Below, one piece after another: positions 41,001 through 54,159 of a stretch of 64,000 nt of DNA (position 1 is its first letter; every line of letters begins with the position of its first letter). A program made the position numbers and the translations under genes. The stretch is from Nageia nagi (taxonomy: Eukaryota; Plantae; Pinophyta): positions 119,908,001 through 119,972,000 of the forward strand of contig JBITNC010000001.1 of NCBI GenBank assembly GCA_050084985.1. The letters are read 5' to 3'. The notes below the pieces were generated by a model. That model saw only the letters and a list, made by a program, of their open reading frames with translations, was not told the DNA's origin and searched no databases.

Positions 41001-41986
41001 TTATGGTGGTAATACGCCAAATCTTCAAAAAGTGGCCATAAAAACCTTATCCCAACTAGCTAGTTCTTCTGGGTGTGAGTGAAACTGGAGCACTTTTGAG
41101 CAAATTCATTCAAAGAAGCGCAATAGGCTCACCCATGAGCGTTTAAATGATTTGGTTTTTGTGCATTACAACCTTTGCCTCCGTCATAGACAAATTGAAG
41201 GAACAAGTAATGACGCAATAGAGTTGGATGAGATTGATGCAAGTGATGTGTGGGCTTCATGGTTGAAGGATGTGCTAGAAGAGGTTAGGATTTTGATTTC
41301 AATTTTCAACTTATAGATTAGCTATTGAATTTGATTTTGAATATATTTTATCAGCTTTTGATGGGCAATGCATTTTGATTTTATAGTCTCAGGATTTCGA
41401 TTTTACCTTTGAAGAGTATCAAAGGATGCAAGAACAAGCTTTTGCAATGGGAGAGGAAGCTGAAAGGGTGGCAACGGAAGCAGAAAGGGCCCAAGGGGGT
41501 ACATTAGTAGCAGGACCATCACATAGAGGAGATGCTCTTGAAGATGATATTGATGATGATAAACCTCTAATAACAACTAGGTCTAGGGTTGCAAAAGAGA
41601 GATTGCGAAAGGCAAAACATGGATGATAGCTCATAGCAATGTTGTAGTAGCAGTCACTGGATGAATGTTTTGAATCTTGTGATTCAGATTTTGTTGTCAC
41701 ATTGAAAATCTTTAATGTTTTTGATCCTTGACACTTGACATTCGATATGTAATATTGAACAATACAATTTCTTTGATATGCAATGTTGGATATTTTATGT
41801 GTTATTCTATATGGAATGTTGTTTATTTGATGTGCAATATTCAGATTTAGCTAAAACTGATTTGTTTTAATATCAAATAGGAGAAATTCCTTCATTTTTT
41901 CTCCATGCTAATTTTATCTGATTTTTCAAAAAATCAAAATACTGCAACCAAATGATTCCGATTCGATTCCGATTTTTTTAACCATG
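38078..41986 (+). mobile_element. hAT DNA transposon (3.9 kb) in the 5' LTR of E
   Basis: TIRs CATAGTT...AACCATG; perfect 8-bp TSD ctgggtat (38070-38077 / 41987-41994); subterminal AATCGG/CCGATT repeats; empty site present in the 3' LTR (~48210). Confidence 0.95.
38610..41626 (+). pseudogene. hAT transposase (BED zinc finger, DUF659, hAT dimerisation domain), multi-exon, with stops/frameshifts
   Basis: AWPY...LICNFC; GCSILSDGWID..GRTLLNFL; LWWEYYG...LSQLASSSGCE*NWSTF...LNDLVFVHYNL; several AT-rich GT-AG introns. Confidence 0.9.
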
Positions 41987-42992
41987 CTGGGTATTAGTCA
42001 TATTCTTGTTTTCTACTTTTAGGCCCTTCAAAGCGTTGTTGGACCTCCATCTTCAAGACAAAACATGTTTGAGGCTTCTCGGGAGCTTTCCTTGCTTGTC
42101 AGATGCATTTTGGTGCTTTGTTGTGCAATGCTCATTGTGTCTTGTCGTGTTGTGTTCATACTTTAGTTGATGTCGCTGCTCTTGTTGTGCGACATTCAAT
42201 GCTATTCTGACCTTGTTGCTTGCTCTCAAGCTTTTGTTGACATCATCGGCCTTGCCACCTGGCACTTAAGTGTTTGTCGTGTCATGTCGTGTTGACATTA
42301 TTATTTACGTCATCACTGATGTCATTGCTCTCGTCGCCTAGCATTCAATGCCTTATTGCCTTGCTGGACTTTCTTTGAGATATTTTTGATGTCATTCGTC
42401 TTGCTGCCCGACACTTAGTGCGTTCTTGTCTTGCTGCATCGTGGTCAAGCTTTTACTAAAGTCACTGCTCTTGCCGCATCTTGACAACCCTATTGATGAT
42501 GCCATTGCTCTTAGCACATGACACTCAGTGTTTCTCTCCCTATGCCACAATATATTTGTTGATGTCATCATGTGGAAAGTGTGGCATTCCGTCTTTTTCC
42601 CTGTGCTGCATCGCGACAACACTTTGATTGATGTCATCCTTGCAAAAGTGCGACATTGCCCTATTTCTTCTTGGCGCTGCATCACAACAATCTACTTGTT
42701 GATGTCAACATCTCTAAAGTGCAACATTTCACCTTTTGCCTTGTTCCGCATTGCGACAAAGATTCTATTGATTTCATCAACCTCAAAGTGCGGTAATCCG
42801 ACTTTTGCACTATTCTTGACCATGCCAACTCAGTTCCTGATTGCGGCAACTCCATTCTTTCGTACAACTTTGTTTGATTGCGGCTACTGCCTAGTTTGAT
42901 CGTGACTACTTGAGATTTGTTTGCAGTTATTTTTCTGTTGAGCACAACTCATTCTTCAATTGGTGTCAGAGTTGTACAATTTATTGGATTAA

Positions 42993-45900
42993 ATGGATGG
43001 AAATTCCTCGCAGTTGCCGATCCTTGTGTTCAGTGGTGAACACTTTGAATATTGGAGCATCAGAATGAGAACTTTTCTCATCTTTCAAGATCTGTGGACT
43101 CGTCTTTCACGGTTATACAAAAGTAGATGCAGCGATGTTTTCACTACTCTCAGCAGATGAGAAAAAAGAGCTTTTGGACATGCAGAAGAAGGATGCCAAA
43201 CCTTTGTTTGCATTACTGAGCAGGATAGATGTTTCAATCATCCTTAAGATAGCAAAATGCAACATTTCAAAGGATGCTTGGGACACACTTGAGAGTGCCT
43301 ACAAGGGCTTCGCCAAGGTTAGAGTAGCCATGCTGCAAATGCTCCGAAGAGACTTTGAATCTCTCAAAATGGTTGATAGAGACCATTGAGGTCTTTATGA
43401 ACAAAGTTCAAAACATAGTCAATGCCATTCATTCTCATGGTGAGGATCTTGATAACACCCAGATTGTTGAAAAGATTCTTAGAAGCCTTCCTCGACAGTT
43501 TGATCCCATCGCCATTGCAATAGAGGAGTCTAAGGACTTGTCCCAACTTACTCTAATTGAGTTGGTTGGAAGCTTACAGACCTATGAGCAAAGGATCAAA
43601 GACAGGTTTGAGGACCTTGGTCAAGATTTCCAAGGTGAGCTCAAAATGAATGATCAGGCCTCCACTTCCAACACTTTTTCAAAAGGTTGCAGAAGAGGCC
43701 ATGGTAGAGGAAGAGGTCGGTCAAAAGGTTGATTATCCAATGGTAGCCAGAGCTCAGACTCCCGACATTGTAACTTTTGTGGAAAGGATGGTCGCACGAA
43801 ACAACAATGTTTCAAGAAGAAGAAACAATAGAAAGATAATTTTAGTGAAGAGTTCGACGACGTTGAACTTTTTCTGATTCACAACAACTTTGAAGCGGTT
43901 GATGATTTGGTACTTGGACAGTGGCTGATCTAATCACATGAATGGTAACAAGAACCTGTTTGTACAACATAAAAATGTCTCAGGACAAGTCAAGTTTGGC
44001 GACAAAAATCATGTTAGCATCACCGACAGAGGTTCTATTGCTTTCAAAGCAAAGATTGATAAGATCATGCATATGTATGACACATTGTATGTTCTAAGGT
44101 TGGAGCATAATCTTCTGAGCATTGGTTAGATGTGCTTGAAGAACTACATAGTCTTCAAGAAGAAGCATTGCACCATTACAAATGAGACCAATCGCCAAGT
44201 AGTCGCTCCTATTGTCATGTTTGAGAATAGAATGTATATGCTCAGAATGTCGTTGATATCTGTTAAATGCTTGAAGACAACCCTTGATCCGACATGGTTG
44301 TGGGACAAGCAGTTCGACCATGTCAACTTCAACTCATTGCGGGGGATGCACAAGCTTGTGAGAGGTTTTCCAACCTTCTCCAATCCATTAGACACCATAT
44401 GTGAGAGTTGCATTTTTGGGAAACAACACTGCGACAAGTTTTCCAACCACCTACATTGTGCTAAGGCACCCCTGGAATTAGTGCACGTCGACCTCTGTGG
44501 TCCTATGCAGACTACCAACATTGCCAAGTGCAGGTATATGCTGATTTTTCTCGCATGAGTTAGATATTTGTTGCAAGACAAATCCGATGCTTTTGACTAC
44601 TTCGTCAAGTTCAAAGCATTGGTTGGAAACCGATTTGGCCATACTTTGAAGAAGTTTCGGATAGACAGGGGTAGTGAATTCATTTCTAACGAGTTCAAGG
44701 ACTATTGCAACACGTATGAGATTAAGTGGTAATATACAACTGCCTATGCTCCTCAGCATAACAACGTTGCAAAAGGGAAGTACTGCATGGTTGTTGAAAT
44801 GCTCGATGCATGCCGAAGGAGATGGACATGGACAACAAATTATGGGGGAAGTTGTTCACACTATCGTTTACATCTTGAATTGCTTCCCGACCAAGGTTAT
44901 GCAAGATTCAACCCCCTATGAGGCTTTGTTTGGCAAGAAAACGAGTATCTCTCACTTGAGGATCTTTGGCTCCACTTGCTATGTGCATATTCCTAAGGAG
45001 ACTAGGCATAAATTGGATGAAAAATCCATTAAATGTATCTGTGGGATACTCTGATGAGTCCAAAGCCTACAGATGCTACAATCTAGTATTCGACAAGTTG
45101 CACATCAGTCGTGACGTGATCTTCAACGAAGGGGGAGTTTATTCAAAGGGTTCTGACACTTTTGACATCGTCCCTAAGTTCGAAGACTCCAATTCCTCTG
45201 ATCTGGCAGAGCCCCAGCTACCTTCCCACCCTTAACCGCCCAACCCCTCGGTAGCTCCTACTTCCAAGAAGAGTATTGCACATGATCATCCGCAATCTCA
45301 GACGTTAGATGATGACTTAACCAAGTGTGTGATCCGACTACGCCTTGATGTCCTCTTCCCTCCTTAAGCCTTCCAACTCCAAAGAAGCGACGACAAATGA
45401 AGATTGGAAATTGGCAATGGAAGACGAGATTGATCATATCCTAAACAATGATTCCTAGGAGCTTGTCCCTCCTGCAAAGAACAAGAATGTCATTGGAGTC
45501 AAGTGGATCTATAAGTTGAAGCACAATGTTGATGGTAGCATTGCAAAACACAAAGCCTAGGTGGTTGCTAAGGGCTATGTCCAAAAAAGCCTCAATTACG
45601 AAGAGACATTTGCACTTGTTGCCCGCCTTGAGACGGTTTGCTCTCTTCTTGCTTTAGCTTCCCATTTTGGTCTAACAGTCTACCAAATGGATGTCAAGTT
45701 TGTTTTATTGAATGGAGACTTGGAAGAAGCCTACTTGAATCAACCCCAAGGATTCATCATCACCAACCATGAGGACAAAGTTAACAAGCTTAAGAAAGCT
45801 CTTTATAGGCTAAAGTAAAGCCTCCTCACGTGGTATTCTCAGATTGACACCTACTTCCATCAAAATGGCTATCAAAAGTGCTTCGCGGAAGCCACATGGT

Positions 45901-46900
45901 ACACAAAGGCATCTAGCTCTGATTATATTATCATTTGTCTCTATGTTGATGATATTATTTTTATGAGCTCCTCTTCTTCTATGCTCTAACAGCTTAAGAC
46001 TGCACTGGTTAATGAGTTTGAGATGTTTGATTTGGGTGACATGTAATACATTTTAGACATACAAGTTCAATAGTTATCCAATGACATCTTCATCACTCAA
46101 ACCAAATATGTTTATGATATGCTTGCCAGATTCTCAATAAAATATTGCAAACCTTTTGTTACCCCCGCAATTGTTGGTTGCAAATTGATGAAGGAGGATT
46201 CCGCTCCTTTGGTTAGTGCAACCCTATACATGTCACTTGTAGGTAGTTTGATGTATCTCAAAGCTACCCAACATGATATAATATTTGTAGTTAGTCTAGT
46301 AGCCAAACTCATGCATTCTCCACATGAATCCCATTGAAAAGCAACCAAAAGCATACTTCGGTATGTGTCCAACGCCAAATCTTATGGACTATGGTATAAG
46401 TTTACCGACTCTAAGACTCTGGAGGCCTATACAAATGTTGATTGGGCTAAAAGCCTAGATGATAGAAAGAGCACCTGAAGGTATGCCTTCTTCTTTGGCG
46501 AATCCCTCATCTCTTGGAGCAGCAAGAAGCAACATATAGTTGCTCTTTCCACTGCAGAAGTAGAATACATGATTGTCTCCTTTGCTTGCACACAAGCCAT
46601 TTGAATGGCTCAGTTGTTTGAGGATTTGGGTATGGAATTTCCCTATCCCATTCCCATCCATTGTGACAATACCAACACCATTGTCATGATCAAGAATCCA
46701 GTGTTTCACAGCAGGAGCAAGCACATAGATATCTAACACCATTTTATGAGAGACTTGGTGAATGATGGATTCCTTGAATTCAAGTTTTGTCCTTCTGACG
46801 ACCAACTCACAGACATCCTCACCAAAGCATTGTCGAAAGATTGTTTCCTTAGTCTCCATAATCGTATTGGAATTCAAACCATTCAAATTAAGGGGAAGAA
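42993..46900 (+). pseudogene. gag-pol: gag-pol of copia E (gag, PR, GAG-pre-integrase, INT, RT, RNase H), disrupted
   Basis: FSGEHFEYWSIRMRTFL; CNFCGKDGRTKQQC; WYLDSG*SNHM; LELVHVDLCGP; YQMDVK; LYVDDIIF; HSRSKHIDI; DILTKAL, in copia domain order. Confidence 0.95.
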
Positions 46901-47151
46901 TGACGAAATTTAATGCTCCATAGTTTGAATTCCATTTTGGATGCATCTCCCGTGCTCGTACAACTCCTCCAATGGTTACTATGCGATGGATTGATACTTC
47001 ACCTACCAACATTTATTTCCTTTGTAGGCATGTAGTTGAGCTCTTAATGCTTACAATCTGATTAGATCTTCCTTGGATGCACAAACATGGCTGCCCATTT
47101 CTTTCTAATAGCTTTCATTTATGTTTCGCCTAATTCTCTGAGCGGACCATG

Positions 47152-47947
47152 TGTTTACAAATATTTTGAGAATGCAAATAAATAAATAATTACAAAACCC
47201 AAGATACTTATTTCGAGCTACGGATAGCAATTTAGACCATACAAAAAAAACAGATGAAGAAGATAGCCACTCTAGAATTAGGATGACAATACCAATCAAG
47301 AATTGTGATTTGTATACTTACCTTATGAAGTGTACCTGACACTGGAGAATGATGATATATTTGATATGTGGATGGCAGAAGAATCCTGCTTCAGAAGCTA
47401 TGACCTGATATCATCAAAAAAGGACCGCGGGCGATCTATATGCTGTACAGGAGGAGCGTTGGCGGTGTATTTAGCATAAATAAGGAGCGCCGACGGTCTT
47501 CGTCAGATTGTCTTTTGCTTTCAAATCAAGTCAATTATTTGCAAATAGATGTTTCGAACAGAGTATAGATTGTCGATGTCAGAATAACTCGCGTAAGGAT
47601 GTACACAAACCATAGCCTTGAATGGCGACGTCAAGAGACACCTAAAAGATTGCCACAACCAGGACCAGATATGGGATCATGTATCTTCTTGATGTGGACT
47701 TACTATTAGATCCCTATTTATATAGATAATAATATGACCTACTCCTTAGGTTGGCGTGTACCTACATAAACAGGGTTAGCCCACAATACATAATGATATT
47801 CAAGACAACCATATATTCAAAATAAACATTGACATTATAACCATATTCAAGATAAGCATTGATATCATTGCATTAAATATTCTAGGTGTTTATTAGTGCA
47901 AGCGAATGTATTTATTTAAATGCATAAATAAATTTTATGCGATAACA
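47152..47947 (-). mobile_element. Solo LTR (796 bp) in the 3' LTR of E
   Basis: TGT...ACA ends; TSD ccatg/ccgtg; absent from the E 5' LTR (~37800); minus-strand ctatataaatagg at ~47713-47725. Confidence 0.85.
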
Positions 47948-48883
47948 CCGTGATCAGTCAGGAGCCTCCAATACTCCACCTTTTGTATCTATAAATAGGA
48001 TTTAGTCTTCCTTTGTAATATGTAGAAGAGATTATTGTTATGTTATGTTGCCATTTTCAGCACTCATAATAGAAAACATTTCGTTTGCTCTACAACTCTC
48101 TATTTTCATTCTCTTTGTACGCTTGAGCGACTATGTATGACTCGACATCTTTGTGCAAGCATCTTGAAGCTGGTTTGAGGTATTTCTCACCATTAAGTCC
48201 ACATTTTAGCTTTTGGGTATTAGTTAGATTCTCATTTTGTGCTTTCGGTAGTGAGATATCTTGGTTTGCATTCTTGTTGCCCTATTTTGCGTCTCAAAAA
48301 AGTTTCAGCATTTAAGTTTTCGACTTAGTTTTTCAGTCTCGTGATTTTCCTTGGTGGAATTATGACCAAACCAAATTTTCCTTCTTGCACTTGTTTGAAT
48401 TTGTTTTTAGGCCCTTTAGAGCATTGCTGGACTCCATCTTCAAGACAAATGTGTTTCAAGCTTCTCGGGAGCTTTAAATGCTTGTCAGATGCATTTTGGT
48501 GCTTGGTCGTGCTTGTCATGTTGTGCCTTGCTGCACAGTGTTCATACTTTGGCTAATGTCACTACTCTTTCCATGCAACATTCAATGCTATTCTCGCCTT
48601 GCTACATCGCTCTCGAGCTTTTGCTGATGTCATCGCTCTTGCCACCCGACACTTAAACGTTTGTCGTGTCATGTTGTGCTGACATCTATTGTGACTTACA
48701 CAACACACCCCAAAATCTTGCGATTTTGGGAACCCCAAGCCTAAGTGTCATCACTTAATCGGTCTTTAGTCATGATAGAGTAAACATCAAAATCCTTCGA
48801 AAAATGGCTAAGTCTGGGAATCTTAAGTTGAGTCTAGGCAAACCCAAGTTGAGTCAGGTGAAACTGGGCCACTCCTTGGCCCA

Positions 48884-49765
48884 GTGCATGCCTCAAAAAG
48901 ACAAGTTTTTGTCTTTCTAGGATGTGCGCTCGGATTTGGGAGCTGTCCAAGTTGGAATCAAGTTTGAAAAAGGTAAACTAGGCCACTCCCAAGCCTAGCT
49001 TATGCCTCAGAAAGACAAAATCTTGTCTCTCTAGGATGTGCGCTTGGATTTGGGACAAAATGGAAAATGAAAGAGGTGAGCCTGGACACTTCTAAGTTAG
49101 ATGCACCCCTCAAAAAGACAAAATCTTGTCTTTTGGGGGCATGCGCTTAGCACCAGAGGCCGTCCAAGTCAGGTTCGAAATCGGAGAAATGAAGCTGAAG
49201 CTCCTAGGAGGTGAGCGCACGCTTCAAAAAACAAAATCTTGTCTTTTGAGGGCATGCGCTCAAGGTAGAGAGGCATCTAGTTTGATCACATAGTGAAATT
49301 TGGTTAAGGCATGGAGCCTTGAAGCTAGTAATTAGCTCAAACACGACCAAAGGGGCAGGCGCTTGATTTTAAAAGACAAAATCTTGACTTCTTGAGGCAT
49401 GCGCCTGACCCAGGAAGACATTAAGTTGGCAAAAACAGTGAAAATTGACTAAGTCCTGATTGCAAAAGGCCCAAAATCAGTCAAATTGGGCAAGTGCAAC
49501 CCAACGCATGCCTTGGAAAGACAAAATCTTGTCTTTGGGACATGCGCCTAGCTTGGGAGGTGTCCTAGTTGAGCATGATGATCAAATTTGACAAGTTTGG
49601 ACACTAGAAAGGGCAAATTTGGATAAGTTAAGGTCCTAGCAGGAAGTATGAAGGTCAAGACAAACGAGTGGAGGGGCTAAGATAACTAATTGCCAAAGAG
49701 CATACATCTCCAAGTTGAGCGCATTCTCCAAAAAGATAAAATTTTGTCTTTTTTGGGCATGCACC
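48884..49765. repeat. Array of seven ~45-bp palindromic motifs (core AAAGACAA-AATC-TTGTCTTT flanked by GCGCATGCC...GGCATGCGC)
   Basis: Copies start near 48884, 48998, 49100, 49214, 49358, 49505 and 49717. Confidence 0.9.
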
Positions 49766-49920
49766 CATCTTGAAGTGCCTCACTCACCCCACGCCTGATT
49801 TTTGGCGGCCAAGCATTAGAATCTGGATGTGCACGCATCTCAAGGTCGGCCATTTGGACGACCAAGATGAATTCCTCAACATGCATGGTTGAGTAGGGTT
49901 TGTTGGAGACCTAATTTGCC

Positions 49921-49950
49921 TATATATATAAGCTCAGAGGGGCTCATTTT
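49921..49950 (+). promoter_or_regulatory. TATA core upstream of the unit F gene
   Basis: TATATATATAAG...GGGCTCATTTT, about 230 bp before the ATG at 50154. Confidence 0.55.
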
Positions 49951-50153
49951 CTTAAATTCAAATCATTCTCCTCTTCATCTTTTGCACTAGAATTGCAAAA
50001 AGAAGACATTTTTTTTGAGTTTCGAGTCCATTCCACTACCTTTCAAGGCTTGCACAAGAGATTGGGTGACAAGACAAGGCAATGTTGGAACACTCTCATC
50101 CTTGAAGGACCCGTGCATCACTCTCGGAGGCTCTTATCATTTACTTGGCCAGG

Positions 50154-53100
50154 ATGACCACTTCCAAGAGTAGTTTGGCCAAAGAGATTGCAAGAAAATT
50201 GGAGATGTTGAGACAAGATTGTACCATTTCGATATGTGAAAGGTGAGAGCCCCTACCACAAGTGGCTAGATTCTCCAAGAACGAGATTGTCACTATCGGG
50301 GACACGGACTAGCAGAAGGTAGACCCCATGCAAACGAGGGAGAAGATATGCAATGTGGAGATCACCATATTGAAACAAGATGTTGTGTTCTTCTCAGGAC
50401 TCTCTACATGTACCTTCATCCTATTCACAACCCCTTTCTCAGAATTGTTCATAGAAGTGAGCCAACATTGGCATAAAGGGGAGAGGATGCTTAGGGACAT
50501 CAAGGGGGATGTCATCATGGACTTCAGTCCTGAGGCCATCAAGAAGGCATTTCATTGGACAACAAAGGGAAATTTCGAATATAGTGAAGTAGAGTCACTT
50601 GCGTGTTGCCAAGGGACCAACAAAACTGTCGTTGTATCAGAGATTAGATGCTGGAGGAGCATCATGGCCTTAAGGGAAATGCTCTCATCAATCCCTCGCA
50701 TGCCAACTTCTACCCTGCGGTGGAGTTGATGATCCTAATGTTGTCAAGAATCCTCAGAAGAGAAGATGCCTCCAAGTTCAAGAAGGAGTTCTTTGGCTTC
50801 ATCGTTGAGATGGAGAAGGGAAGAAAGATCAAATGGAGCAAGGTGTTGAGTGATACCCTTGCAGAACAATTGTTATCTATGGGCACTACATGCAATTTCT
50901 ACCTCAACTCATACTTGGTATAGTTGTTGCTTCATGGTAAGCATAGACCCATGGCTCAAGGGGAGGTCACATGGATTGAGAGAAGAAATACGTTGTATGG
51001 AAATGCTACCCCAAGTGGAAGGTTGAAAGGAGATGGGATAGTTTCTTCATGAGAAACGATGGATGGGAGTATGAGGTCTACAAGGAATTAAAGGGAGAAA
51101 TCATAGTAACTAGGATCTCAAACTCAGCTCAAGATGCCTTCAGGAAGCATTGAGACTTCTTCATCCATCATCAACACTATTCCTACATCAAGATTTATGG
51201 ATCAACCGTGGAGCCATATTAGCTGCCCATATATTGTAGCAATAGATTACTCTTGACGGAGATGATGTGATAGTTGGCCTTCTTGCATGAGCATGTGTGG
51301 CACAAGAAATCGGTCACCTCAAATTTGCCGATCATAGTGGGAGAGTATCAATGTAGAACTTGGGCGAACATGGATTCGATGAAAGAGGAATTGGAGAGAT
51401 TCCACTTCAAGAAGATGACCATCGTAGACCACTATGATCCGGAGCACAAGATTCATGGCTTCTATATGAAAAAAAGAAAGGTAGCTTATGAGCATAAGCT
51501 ACTTAGAGACGAGGAGCCATTCAAAAATGTAAGTAGTGAGGTGGAGATGAGGAAGATTCGTGCTAAGATGCAAGAGGAAGCTCAAAAGTAACAACAGACC
51601 GTCAAGGCGACTATTGACAAGAGGTTGTCATAGTCAAGAGGAAAGAGACCACAAGAATCCACATACAGAGTTACCCAGTTTCCCTTGATAATTGAAGAAC
51701 TTGTTGGCCAATATGCTTCAATGCATGGCAAGAATTCAATTGAGAAGGTAGTGGAGCAAGTAAGAGTGACCATAGATGAACATGACATGAGAGAGTTAGA
51801 AAACGTGGCAACCAACAAGGTGGTGAGGTGCGTCAAAATTAGAGAAAAAGATCCATCACCTCCACAGAGACCACCTAGAGGATCGACTCAATGCCCATCT
51901 ACAGTTGTCCCACCATCTGGGTCTTCATCCTCTAGCCCTTTGTACGAACCAAATGATAGCCAAGGAGAAGAACAAGAGGGTGAACAAGAAATGAATGCAG
52001 CTCAACATAATGAAAATCCTAGATGCTCAGGAGGAGGAATCCTTGAGAATTTTGGGGTAGTTTAGAAGCCTGTCTCATCAGAGCCTTCCACATCTGAAAG
52101 GAAAGGGAAGAGCCCAACCTCCGAATCAGTCTCGAGGAGAGCCCAACAAAAGAGAACATCTCAATCTCGGTCATCAGAGGCACCAAAAGAAAACATGGAA
52201 GAAGAGGCAAAGTCTTCAAAAAGGCCTAAGAAGAATGTCACCATCAGTCAAGAGCCAATCATTTAGACCCACTAGCCGTCACCCAATGATGAGTGGGGTA
52301 TAGATATGGACGAGTGCCTTGACGTTTTCAACATAGACGTCGGGGAGGAGTAGGTCAATGACCAAGTTGGAGAGAGTTACACTCGTCTTGGGAAGAGTCA
52401 GACGTATGTGCACTTGACCAATAACACATTTCATATCAAGACCATATACGCTGACAAAGACAACCCACAATGGCCCGAAGACCTCAAGCAAATAAATTAG
52501 ATTAGTAATATAGGTCCCATTGGCATTGTTGGTAGGAAACTTGTAATCATAGCCAACACGGACACAATCGCCAAGGACGGGTTGCAGAAGGAAAAGGAGA
52601 TCAAAAGCCTCGAGAAGGAGTTAGCCGCCCAAAGGAGATTGACTAGAGAGAGAGTCCGCGAAGGTACCTCTTGAGGAACTCAAAAAGTTAAAGCCTTTGA
52701 AGGAGGGGATGGTTGCTGTGAAACAAGAGGTGATTGACAACATCTTGGGAGTGGTGGCACAATTTGTAGATGCCTTACAAAAGATCTCAATTGAGGAGCA
52801 GAAGTTGAAGGATATTGTGGCCAATAGGGTTAGCTTCCTTAGGATGTTAGAGTCTTGGAGACCCATCATAGAGAGATTCCAGATGACTTAGGACTAGAGA
52901 CCAGAGGATGTTAGCTTTTGTGAAGATTATTGATTCTATTTGGGTGTGATACAACAAATAGCTACTCACTTCCATGAAGTGAGAAAGGAGGTCACCAAGA
53001 TCAATGATAAGGCCAACTCAAACCTAGAGTAGATGGATTTCGAGGTTAGGTTTTTGGAGGAGGATACCACCATCAGGGAGGCAGACTTGGTAGTGACTGA

Positions 53101-53281
53101 AGTCAGACATCTACTCCAAAGTTTGTTCATGACTGAGGTTGTCAACATATACCAGATTGGAGGCCACCTTAAGCACATGTTGAGAGCATACGACTGGAAG
53201 ATTGAGATGCAGGAGTTGATCATAGCGAAGTTCTTGGATGAGGACTTTGAGGATCGAGTTGTGGCCTTAGGCCCACCATAA
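50154..53281 (+). pseudogene. Unit F gene: ~1000-aa uncharacterised retroelement accessory protein (conserved N-terminal domain, low-complexity linker, coiled-coil-like C-terminus), disrupted
   Basis: Consecutive + strand ORF pieces 50328-50729, 50648-50923, 51274-51591, 51685-52065, 52697-52891 and 53033-53281 align in order with the unit H pieces. No gag, PR, RT, RH or INT motif seen. Confidence 0.8.
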
Positions 53282-53509
53282 TAGTTGCTATTTTATTTTA
53301 ATTTTATTTTCTAAAGAAAATAAGTTAATTTTTGCAAAATACTTATATTATTATTATTTTATTCTCAAACTTGTGATGGATGAGGATTTGCTCCCACAAG
53401 TTTGGAAGGGATCTTGTAACGCCATGTGGCACATTTTTATTGGAACAACTTTTATTTTCTCATTTTATGTAATTAGGGTTAGGTCAACACCTAGGGTTGC
53501 CATGAAAAC

Positions 53510-53535
53510 TATTTATACCCCTTATGGGCTCATTT
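53510..53535 (+). promoter_or_regulatory. Second TATA core of unit F (probable LTR promoter)
   Basis: TATTTATA-ccccttat-GGGCTCATTT, equivalent to 58874 in H. Confidence 0.55.
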
Positions 53536-54159
53536 GTAAGGGGGTTAGACATTTTAACAAATTGGAAAGAACTTTGCTTGAAACACAAAAATTCTCAAAA
53601 ATTTGTTAATGTGGCGTATTTGTATTTGACTATTCCCATATGCTCTCATGTTGTGATGATAGATATGAATGAATGATGATAATGCTATCTAGTTGAGTCT
53701 ATTGCTGCTTTGTGTTGATTCATTTCACTCGGTGTATCTTGTAAACCTTATGTAAGGTGGACAAGAGAGTGCTTGTTTATCCTTCAAAGTGGTTGAATGA
53801 CATATTACTAGTAATACTTTATCATTTGCAATTCAGGTTTGAATATCTTGGAATGCCTTGTTCATGTCACTCCATGTAGGAACTTCACCCTAATTATCAA
53901 AGATTACCCCCATCTTGTTGTGGCCTCCACAACACGACCCAAATTCCCAGCGAATTTGGGGACCCACATTTTGGCTAAAGGGACTTTTGAAGCAAGAAGG
54001 CAAAGACAGGGGTAGTACCACCTTGAACATAGATCTTTAGGATGGGACCCAACGTGCCCGATTTTAAGCCAAAAGGGAGCCTGGACGGGTAAATTCAAGA
54101 AAAAAGCCAAATTCTCGGCTAAGTGTCGAACGTGCATCCTCTTCCTAGGTGTACATTGG

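Noticed and set aside
42053-42945. Cluster of short ORFs in the E LTR tail
   Set aside because: They arise from a degenerate repeat array in the LTR, also present at 61415-61940.
48884-49765. Palindromic repeats with dissimilar spacers resembling a CRISPR array
   Set aside because: Eukaryotic TE context, degenerate repeats, spacers ~55-165 bp and uneven with some mutual similarity, and no cas genes.
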